A stretch of 64,000 nucleotides of DNA from Eledone cirrhosa. Its lineage: Eukaryota. This document shows, piece by piece, positions 53,861 to 64,000 of the stretch. Made by a program: the position numbers and the translations under genes. The notes beneath the pieces were generated by a model, which was given only the letters and a program-made list of their open reading frames with translations, was not told the DNA's origin and ran no database searches. The DNA is taken from the NCBI GenBank assembly GCA_964016885.1, contig OZ024747.1:46004001-46068000 (forward strand). The letters are read 5' to 3'. Position 1 is the first letter of the stretch. Every line of letters starts with the position of its first letter.

Positions 53861-54200
53861 ATTAATAAATGGAAACTATATTTATAAAACTATATTTATT
53901 TTATTATATATATTTCAAGGGCAACCAAGGAAAATTATGGTGCGCTTTCATCAGATAAAATACAGATTTGTTTTATAATTAAAATACAGATTTGTTTTAT
54001 AAATAAATAAATAAATATTGGCATACCCGGAAAAAAGATGTCAATATTTATTTATTTATTTATAAAACAAATCTGTATTTTAATTATAAAACAAATCTGT
54101 ATTTTATCTGATGAAAGCGCACCATAATTTGCCTTGGTTGCCCTTGAAATATATATAATAAAATAAATATAGTTTTATAAATATAGTTTCCATTTATTAA
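53861..54200. mobile_element. Fold-back element with an HHR on each arm
   Basis: ~160-bp arms; tattttat CTGATGA aagcgcacca..tggttgccctt GAAA tatata TA ataaaata (54100-54165 +), mirror at ~53897-53962 (-). Confidence 0.82.
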
Positions 54201-54296
54201 AATATTATGTATTTACTCCACTAAACTGTTGGGTGCTTTATATCAGTTATAAAAAATGTTAAGCTTGTTGAATCCCACCAATTTAAATAAAACCTC

Positions 54297-54372
<76 letters not shown>

Positions 54373-54523
54373 TATAAATATATATTTTATATATACATAC
54401 ATATATATATATATATATACTGTATGTATATATATATATATATATATATTTATAATCAAGGTTTAGCAAATAAGAAACATTTTCAAAATAAATTTCAAAA
54501 CATTCACTGTACTTACTATGGTT

Positions 54524-54610
54524 ACCTTTACCGAATCGGTTTCGAGTCTCAAAAATAAATGGATAGTCCTTACGGGCTTCCATTGAAAAGATAAACTCTC
54601 GTCAGAAGGT
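54524..54610 (-). ncRNA. HHR motif with extended stem II
   Basis: acctt CTGACGA gagttt...agactc GAAA ccgattcgg TA aaggt. Confidence 0.8.
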
Positions 54611-54907
54611 TCTTTTCACTCGGAGAATATAAAATTCCCGAGTTCAAATTACGAACTGGCGCTATTCAAAATTGTTCCCGAGATGAGAATGAATGATGTG
54701 GAAGCAATTCTGTCCAGTGCCGAGTGAAAAGACATAGGCAGAGGCAGGGAGGTCAATCTACTACCACTATAAACTAGGGTCGGAATTAAGAGCATTCCGC
54801 AGTTCACGGTAATAATAATAATAAATGTATATATATATAATATACATATATATATAAATATATATTTTATATATATATACATACATATATATATACTGTA
54901 GTATATA

Positions 54908-54946
<39 letters not shown>

Positions 54947-55674
54947 CTTCCACTCCTTCTCTCCCTATCTACCCTAACCCCACTTTCTTCCTCTCCCTTT
55001 CTCCCTCTCACTTTCACCCCCTCACCTGACCCTTTAGCAGTTCTCTTCTCACTTACAACTGCGGCGATCAGACGTGTGTCTTTTTTCTCTCGACCACTCA
55101 GTCTTGAACTTAAGTTCTCTTATCGAGTGGTCTTGGATTTCCTACCTATAGTTGCTCGCACATTGCTCGGTTTGTTGTTTTTTTCGCTGTTTTGTCACTG
55201 TTTTCTCCTTTCTTCCCATTTGCTTTCCTTCCCTCTCTCCTCCGTTTTCCAAATAACTTATCCAGTTATTGACGCCCTGGGGCGAGATATATTGTCTTTA
55301 AAGCGTAGAAATATCCTAGACCCCCAGTAGAAAACTTATGAGGAAAACACACCCCACCCCGTTCTTGCTTTCTTCGTATTCCCACTGCATTTTTAGTTAC
55401 CTTAAATAGACCTTAAAATGGTCTAGTATATATATAGTAAGGTGTATTATTGATTGTGTCAAACGGTCCAATAAAATTTTTGTTAGCAATATTAAGTTCT
55501 CCACGCTTTTGTATATCTCCAATTCCATTTATGGGAACAGCTAGATGATGTAAAACGGAGTATTTGTATCAAATTAAAGATCCGAAGGCATGGTATAAAT
55601 ATGAGGGACTAAACTCTGTGAGTGAACACCGTTAATTTTCTCCCTCATATCAAGGATTTGAAGACAATTCATTT

Positions 55675-55748
55675 TCACCTGACGAGATCAGTGATAATCG
55701 ATCATGGCTACACGATCGATCCATCTCTTATTGAAACATGTGTCGTGA
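55675..55748 (+). ncRNA. HHR motif inside a fold-back element (arms ~55568-55600 / 55764-55796)
   Basis: tcac CTGACGA gat..atcgatc..gatcgat..GAAA catgtg TC gtga. Confidence 0.65.
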
Positions 55749-55792
55749 TTAAAATGATTGGAAATTTATACCATGCCTTCGGATCTTTATTT

Positions 55793-55823
<31 letters not shown>

Positions 55824-56052
55824 CGCACAAAATCTGAATTCAAGAATGTAAACCCAAATTAACATCAGATGTCACTTAAGCATTGTAGCGATGGTACAAA
55901 TTAAACTGTGTTTAATCATAAGCTAGTGTCACCCTATATACATCTATAGCATGATAATAGAAGTTCTATTAACCGCAAACAATCCTAAATCACAAACCAG
56001 AAAATTATCTATGTATCTGTATGTATATATATACATACATACATATATATAT

Positions 56053-56091
<39 letters not shown>

Positions 56092-56477
56092 TGTGTGTCT
56101 GTCTGTGTGTGTGTGTGTGTGTGCCTGTGTGTCTCTGTGTGTGTTTGTGTTTGTGCAAATATAAGTATGTATGTATTTCATTTTTCATCCCTCTCCCATA
56201 CTTGTTGCAATAATTATACACAGCCAGCTTACTTATTGTTATCTGTTCTAGCGAGAAATTGAATGCCACAAAAATCCTAATGAAGAACTATACCCTGCAA
56301 ATTGGGTGAAATCCCCAAATGATTCCCAAACTCCCTAAAATATAACGCGGGAAACTCCCCAATCTCATTATAGTTATGAAGTACAATTTGGTGCTGTGTA
56401 ATAGACATATAAGCTAATAATGTTGCATTGTTGTTGGTGTTTATTTTTTAATGAACATATTTATATTATATTATGAG

Positions 56478-57004
56478 GGTAGTGGATTGGCAGTATCGGT
56501 AGAGGGTCGGACGCCATGCTTTGACGGCCCTTGCCATTCTGAGTTCAAATCCTGCCGAGGTTAACTTTGCCTTTCATCCTTACGGGGTCGATAAAATAAA
56601 GTACCAGTAATGCACTGAGGTAATTACTGGCCTTGTGCCAAAAGTAGAAACAATTATATTATGTGCTTTGCGGCATAGCCCTTTACGATTTGAGTTCAAA
56701 TCCTGCCGAGGTTAACTTTGCCTTTCATCCTTACGAGGTAGATAAAATAAAGTACCAGTAATGCACTGGTGTATTTGCTGGCCTTGTGCCAAAAGTAGAA
56801 ACAATTATTTTGTAGAGGGCGGTGGATTGGCAGTACGGTAGAGGGTCGGACACCATGATGCGCAGTATATAGTTATGTCCCTTTACGTTCTGAGTTCAAA
56901 TACCGCCGTGGTTAACTTTGTCTTTCATGCTTACGGAGTCGATAAAATAAAGTACCTGTTATGCACTGGCGTAATTGCTGGCCTTGTGCCAAAAGTAGAA
57001 ACAA
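56478..57004 (+). mobile_element. Three SINE copies in head-to-tail tandem
   Basis: ~56478-56655, ~56662-56807 and ~56818-57004; A-box in the first and third, B-box, core and tail in all. Confidence 0.9.
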
Positions 57005-58439
57005 TCTAAACTATAATAAAGCAAGGGCTGCGGGACTGCGTACGGTTTTTTTCTTTTAATCTAATTAGTAAAATAAGTTGGATTACTTTCAAAAAATAAT
57101 GAATGAATATTACATAATTTATCTACTAAATTTCGTAAACAAATAATTTAGTAAAAATAAATAATTTAAAATTGACTTCTTTTCAAAGTTGCATTCCGGT
57201 ATATCGTCGTCACCACCACTACTTCAACTACCATATATATAGAAAGAGAGAGTGTGTTATGAGAGAGATAGAGATATTCTACACGCTGACGCGTATGAGT
57301 ATGCACATACATACATCTATATGTATGAGTATATAACTATTATCAGTATATAAATATAATCGCGCAAACACAAACTTCTAAAAATACACATTCACGGACA
57401 TACATTCATAGAAATACACATACATTCACACATACTTTCACACAAACATACATACATTCACACATATACATTTACACAAACACGCTCATACAGTCATGAT
57501 AGCGTTCGGCTTAATTGGAAAATGGAGGGTAAATCAAGTATAACGTTTTATTTATTTATTAACTCTTTTTTTTTAACTCATTTAATATAATTGTTTCTAC
57601 TTTAGGCACATTAACTCATTTAATATAATGGTTACAGAACGAAAACGCTAACAAATATAATATATACAAAGGAAACGGAAAGGAAAATATGAAATAGAAA
57701 TAATACACATGCAGGTAATACACACATCTTAGACCACAGAACAATATGCAGGCGAAAGAGTGGGAAAACGAGCCGAAACCAGAGCAAAAGATAGCAATAT
57801 AGCGAGGAGCACAGTGAAACCTCTCTAATAATTTCTGAGGCAAGCCAGCACGGTAGCAGTGTAAACCTGGGGTGATGGCGAGGCTGAGCTGGTCTAATAT
57901 GCATACTACATATGCTAGCAGAAACCGTCCGAGGGCGGTTTTTCTGCTGGTTATATTAAATATTATCCAAAATGAGTTGAGGATTATGTTCAGCAATTGA
58001 ACCAATATACTTTACACATATACCCACACTCACAATCATCTGTTTTCGAAAATAGAGAATATAGAAAATTATATTTCCTTAATCATTGCCATCGCCAATA
58101 TCATAGCTGTTTAATTGATGAAAACGTTGACCTCTGGATTCTGGTTACCATCAAAGCACAACATGAATAGTTGGTCTGCGTTGACGTGACTTTGATGGAT
58201 ATTTGGTCTGCTGGAATTTATTGATTCAACGACACCATCATATTTTTTTTTTTAGCCAGAAGTAGGAGCAAGAGGAAAAGCGCTATAATGAGCCTTTCAG
58301 ATCAAGAAGCCCAACTGCAATATATCTGGTTGAAAAAGTTGATGTGGAAAGTTAAAAGGAAGCCACAAAAAACAGCAACAGCAATAAAAACAACAGGCTG
58401 TTATATGATCAACGCTTTAATTATGACGACTACATCTAA

Positions 58440-58980
58440 CAGTGAGACATGACTCTTTCGGCCTCCACCCACTTTCCTATCGCCACAGTGCCGGCCGTAT
58501 TCCACGCCATAATGCCCTCAACGAGATCATTAAGCGTGGCTTGGACACTGCAGGCTTCCCTTCCCAGCTCGAGCCGGTGGGGTTGGATCGAGAGGACGGC
58601 AAAAGGCCAGATGGCATGACCATCTTCCTGTTCCGCGATGGCAAACCCCTCGCCTGGGATGCCACTTGCACCGACACTTTCTGCAGCCGCAACCCGGTGC
58701 AGTCTGCGACTGACCAAGGTTCTGCTGCACGTCGGGCTGAGGGGGCCCAACTCATCAAATACCGGTCGCTCTCCGACAGGTTTGCGGTCGTACCCCTGGC
58801 AGTGGAGACTTCTTGTGTCCTGGGACCCAGGGCTACCTCCCTACTCACCCCCATAGGCGCTGAGCTGGCCAGCCGCAGGTGTGAGTCCCATGAGTTGGAG
58901 TGGCTCTTCCAGCGCGTCTCCCTCACCGTCCTCCGGGGAAACGCCTTCTCCATTCTGTCCGCCGGGGCTGTGGGTGGGCC
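58440..58980 (+). pseudogene. CRE-like non-LTR retrotransposon 3' fragment (RLE domain), open frame
   Basis: HPLS..RHNALNEIIKR..EP..KRPDG..WDATCTDT..PLAVETS..LFQRVSLTVLRGNA. Confidence 0.85.
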
Positions 58981-59074
58981 ACATCGCGTACCGTTGAAGA
59001 AGAAACGCGTTCCACTTGTATATAGGATATCAACTGAAAAATGCATATCTCACATATATATATATATATATATA

Positions 59075-59270
59075 TGTGGATAGTGCAGTTTTAAATCAAC
59101 ATATGTTGATTTAAAACTGCACTATCCACAAGTGTTTTTTAACCTTCATATCATGTCTTCCTATTTTATCTGATGAAAACACAAATGTTATTGCATGATG
59201 ATATTTGTTTTTGAAAAGCGCATAATAAAATACATGGAACTCTTTTAACCATCTTTTGATCTTATATATT
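59075..59270 (+). mobile_element. HHR-bearing short element beginning with a perfect 56-bp palindrome; second copy at 63488-63650
   Basis: Palindrome 59075-59130; tattttat CTGATGA aaacacaaatgttatt-gcat-gatgatatttgttttt GAAA agcgca TA ataaaata (59162-59232). Confidence 0.82.
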
Positions 59271-59355
59271 ATGTATACTCCAGTCCTACAAATTGTAGAG
59301 TGCTTCTTATCCGATATCTGCATTGCTTTATTGTACTACAATAAAACTCACCTCC

Positions 59356-59433
<78 letters not shown>

Positions 59434-59588
59434 TACATAGTCAAATTATGGCTACATTAACCTATAACCCATTGTTATCTTCTTCTCTCGGGATGGTAGA
59501 GTGTGTCTAAAAAGAGATAACGACGCTATTTGTAGCATGACAAGCGGCTACGTCAATGCCTAAATAGTTGGCTCGTGTCAAATCTGTA

Positions 59589-59636
<48 letters not shown>

Positions 59637-60597
59637 CTATCATATATTATATTTGTGTTTAAGATATAAATTTTTTCATCTGTTTATAAAGAAGTTGTGA
59701 GTTAGGTGTGTAAACAAATGTAGGCATAAAAAAGAGGAGTGAATATTGTTTGTAGTTGTACATATTTGGTGGCCGAATGAGGATGAGTGGATGCAGTATT
59801 TAATACTTCTTCAAGCATTGGTGTATATGACAATTTTTCAGATACACAGGTTTTCACATTAAAATCTCGATATCCTTGGAAGCATACGCCTTTATATCGA
59901 GACGTTTTGAAAGGATATCAGGTTTGGCTATTTCAATTTCAGGTGGGCTGCAGGAGCTTCCCGGGCTCAACCTGTATGGAGAATGCTCACTGCCAATTGT
60001 AATGAAAGGAATTAGAGGATGTATTAGCTCACAGGAAGGGAAGGTAACGGAAAGAACCGCTTGTAGGTTACGGGGCAGGAGAAAGGAGTTTAGCTAGAAC
60101 CTAGGAGGAGAAGTTGAGCAGTAAATTAGCAAACATTACTGTTCCATCATCTTAAAGGTATTGCGGTTCAGGGTGAAAACACCCGATAAACATCGGACAC
60201 TGTTGGTGGCATCAGATCTTCCTGACTAAGGCTATATGATCCGAAGGTAAATGACTGAGGAATCTTGTCTAATATGTAATAATCCTTACATTTAATTTGA
60301 AGCTGGACATTTATCATATTACAACATCGGATCCTCCTTCTAATGTGATATTTGAGCTCTTGTACAGAGCAAATAATAGTTCTGTTTCTTCTAAATCAAA
60401 GATCTCTCATTTCACCCTCACACATTCTTCCAGCCATAAACATCACGGTGAATAAAGTTTTCTGTGCGACAGTTACAAAATTGTCTTGATTAAGTTTAAT
60501 ATATGATCACTATTGGTACCATAAACTAAACTAATATACTACTACTATTGTTACAACAAGAGTAGAAGCAATAGCAGCAATAACAGCAACAGCAACA

Positions 60598-61128
60598 GGT
60601 TTCTGATTGATTAGGCACAAGGATGACAATTTTAGGGGAGGGAAAAGTCTATTAAATCGTCTCCAGTGTTTATTTGTACTTTATTTTATCTACGCCTTTA
60701 GGATGGATGGCGAAGCTAACCACGGTGTTATCAAAACTCAGAACTGCTAAACCACTGCCTTTTAATAACAACAATAATAATTGTTTCTACTTTTGGCACA
60801 AGGCCAGCAATTACCCAGTACATTACTGGTACTTTATTTTATCGACCCCATAAGGATGAAAGGCAAAGTTAACCTCGACGGGATTTGAACTCAGATCGTA
60901 AAGGGACGTGACTATGCTGGATAACAACAATAATAATAATTGTTTCTACTTTTGGCACCAAACCAGCAATTATCCCAGTACATTACTGGTACTTTATTTT
61001 ATCGACCCCCGTAAGGATGAAAGGCAAAGTTAACCTCGGCGGGATTTGAACTCAGATCATAAAGGGAGGTAACTCTATGCTTCAAAGCATGGCACCCGGC
61101 CCTCTACCAATACTCCCAATCCACCGCC
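60598..61128 (-). mobile_element. Three tandem SINE copies separated by short AAC/AAT runs
   Basis: ~60598-60745 (diverged), 60779-60920 and 60938-61128 (full length). Confidence 0.88.
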
Positions 61129-61129
61129 A

Positions 61130-61245
61130 ATGGTTTCATTTATTGACCACAAGGACCGACATATAGGGGACAACAACAAATACAGGGACAGTTGGGGTTT
61201 ACAATAAAGTCGAGTCAAAAATACATAATACCAAAAACATGGAGA
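61130..61245 (-). mobile_element. Tx1-like 3' UTR fragment
   Basis: gtttcatttattgaccacaagg..ggggaca..agtcgagtcaaaa resembles the 3' ends at 12828-12910, 18545-18620 and 36341-36400. Confidence 0.65.
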
Positions 61246-62176
61246 GAAATAATGTTCTTGAATTTTACATGCCTTCTCAGACTGGTCAGATTGCTACAGT
61301 TAAATGTTCGCTTGAAAACTTACAAGCAGAAGATATTAAGAAAACTGTCGGCAAGAAAGGACATCCTGACGTATAATGCTATCAGGGAGCAATGTTTAAG
61401 TACTGTAGTTAGTGTGGGTTGTGTGACACGAAAATACTACGAAATAGGTGACAAAAGGAAGAGAAGTGAAGGAATTTGGTTGCAGATAACGATGTCAACG
61501 ACGATGATGATGATGATAGTGATAAGGAGACGAAGCCCATGACGCTGACAATGATGATGATGCCAATGATAAGGATCATGATGATGACAAAAATGACGAC
61601 TATACAGGATTAGGTCTGTTTTAAGCATTCTAGTCATGTCAACATTTTGAGAATACATTCATCCCTTTTTTTTCCCCAGTCTCAAAGACACCGTAAAGAA
61701 ATCATGGTTGGAGCCCTTCCATTTCTTACCAAACCATAAAAATCATATGTAAACTCATTGTAAGTCAATTATACCCCAGTTGATAGGTTAAAATACATCG
61801 ATAGTTAACTCATGTGTAGATTCAAACCTGAACAACTCCGTGAAAGTTGTTTCAAGATATGGAATATTTAGTGAAATGTGACGAAATCAATATAAAAATG
61901 TGCTTTGTATTGTGTCACTAGGCAACTGTCCTGGGTTGATATCTCCTGATATATATGTGTGTTGGTGTGTGTGTGGGGGTGGGGTGTTTGTGTGTGTTTT
62001 GGTGTGTGTGGTGTGTGTGTAAGAGAGAGAGAGTGTATGCATATATATATATATATATATATATACCCTCTCCGTCTCTCTCTCTATATAGATATAAGGA
62101 TAGATAGGTAGGTACGTCGGTAGGTAGATACACACATACACATATACATACATATGTATATGAGCGTCTGCGTATT

Positions 62177-62248
<72 letters not shown>

Positions 62249-62281
62249 TATGTGAGTGTGTGTGTGTATGTGTGAGCATGA

Positions 62282-62368
<87 letters not shown>

Positions 62369-63443
62369 TGTATGTGTGTGTGTGTACACAACTGAAAATA
62401 CTAATTAACAACAAGCCACATAAAGGTGGATAACATTACACTTGAGAGAGATTAATACACTTCTAGGAAATTTGGTTAATGTTTTTAATTGAAGATTAAG
62501 AAACATCTAGCTTTCAATGACCTACATTTTATAGTTATGTTTCCCAGTAGGAGAACATAAGTCAAGACGCTTGATTATGTTTCTGACCATTCTCTAGAAT
62601 TTCACCTCAAGACAAGAACTGCTAATGGATTCCTATAAATTTTAACAAATTAGTTTCAACAATGCAACTTTCAGAATAACACGACTAAAAGATATTAAAT
62701 GGAATTGTTAGGTTTTGCATGATTTGTATGTAAAATGTAACAGAAAGAGCAAAGCAAATTACATTTCCATGATTGATTCTAGAAGATTCTTTGTTAAATA
62801 ACAGAGCTATTTATTTATTTATATACAAAGTGAAAACGTTTGAGAAGTTATTTCCCGAAACTGTGTATATACAACTTTCATAACGTTGTTGGTGTTTTAC
62901 TCATACCGTACCTTTGAATCTTCTTTTCCCAACACGTGGAACTATAAGATTATATTTTTTTTATTCGAGAACTATAAATAAAGATCTTTCATCTGTAACC
63001 ATTCCATGATATTTCCATAAATGTTATATCTAGAACTACATTTTTCAATATGTTCTTCCTTTATTTAAAGTCGATAGGATTTGAGATTTGAGATGTGAGA
63101 TGGATTTCGCTGGTTTTTTTTATAGCGGGCCGAGTGGCTAAGTAAGATGTACTTCCGTTTCTGAAGTCGATGCTAGAAAAGAATGAGTTTGATTTAGTGC
63201 TAAGTGACAATTAATGAGGGAAATTGTTTATTCTATTCGAGTGCTAGCGATTTACTTAATAATTTCAAGGAAGAAATTTTAGCACAATTTTTACTGAACT
63301 CAGTATTTCTAAACTAACTAGTATGAAACTAATTTCTTGTTATTCCTAAACCACAAACTTATCACTGATTATTATTGTAAGAAGGTAATTCACAAGAGAG
63401 AGAGAGAGAAAGAGCTGTGTAAAATCTCGACCGGAGCGCCAAG

Positions 63444-63487
<44 letters not shown>

Positions 63488-63492
<5 letters not shown>

Positions 63493-63650
63493 ATTTAAAA
63501 CTGCACTATCCACAAGTGTTTTTTAACCTTCATATCATGTCTTCTTATTTTATCTGATGTAAACACAAATGTTATTGCATGATGATATTTGTTTTTGAAA
63601 TGCGCATAATAAAATATATGGAACTCTTTTAACCATCTTTTGATCTTATA
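63488..63650 (+). mobile_element. Second copy of the 59075 HHR element
   Basis: Near-identical to 59104-59265; core CTGATGT (mutated), intact palindrome ATGCGCAT; flanked by (TA)n. Confidence 0.85.
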
Positions 63651-63663
63651 TATATATATATAT

Positions 63664-63830
63664 AGTAATAATAATAAAATTGAAGACTAAACTCCAAAGA
63701 GGGCTCGATAAGGAAAATATATATCAAATATATGAGAACCGTAGAGCAAATATTTATTAAAATAACAGATTAAAGTTTAAGCAAAGAATCGCTGCTTTCA
63801 CCCTTAACGGGATCTTCTGAAACTAACAAA
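63664..63830 (-). mobile_element. PLE-type terminus with a degenerate HHR; inverted match at 31121-31208
   Basis: gttt CAGAAGA tccc-gttaa-gggt GAAA gca..tgc TT aaac (63775-63823). Confidence 0.55.
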
Positions 63831-64000
63831 GTCAATCTGTAAACGCAGAACTGGATATTTCAAAAAACGTTGCAACCGGAGGAAGACAGGAAGACGATAT
63901 TTTGGTTCGTGGTAACGTTCGCTGGCAAAGAACGGGAGAAAACGAATAATACGTCATTAATAGCAGCGGTGAAAAACAATTACGCACTAAGACAGAACCA

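Noticed and set aside
56478-57004. tRNA genes or a CRISPR-like array
   Set aside because: A/B boxes belong to SINE heads with no cloverleaf; the repeats are ~150-190-bp SINEs without spacers or cas genes.
57616-58005. 129-aa hydrophobic ORF with a faint CRE-tail-like LDQLSLAI
   Set aside because: Similarity too short, and the hydrophobicity comes from T-rich sequence.

Overview
AT-rich, microsatellite-saturated eukaryotic DNA, most likely a cephalopod (octopus-like, inferred from the tRNA-headed SINE and repeat landscape). I found no supportable host gene; almost all interpretable sequence is mobile DNA. Contents: (1) a near-complete Penelope-like element (PLE; RT + GIY-YIG) with direct and inverted pseudo-LTRs, other PLE fragments, and many short non-coding fold-back elements inside (TA)n that carry hammerhead-ribozyme (HHR) motifs; (2) three Tx1/L1-clade LINEs, two full-length ones head-to-tail in (GATA)n and one 5'-truncated copy in (TAA)n; (3) three R4/Dong-type RLE retrotransposons ending in (TAA)n; (4) CRE-like RLE 3' fragments; (5) a hAT-type DNA transposon with TIRs and an 8-bp TSD, and a TTAA MITE; (6) about a dozen copies or fragments of one SINE. 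Best leads: a splice-donor consensus overlapping the ORF1 stop codon of both full-length Tx1 elements, whose first downstream AG would fuse ORF1 in frame to ORF2 in both; microsatellite target partitioning (TA, GATA, TAA) among element families; a SINE tail resembling the Tx1 3' end; a covarying double hairpin in the Tx1 5' UTR; and a diverse HHR set including very long stem II and U3-A8 core variants. All alignments were made by eye, so boundaries may be off by a few bases.
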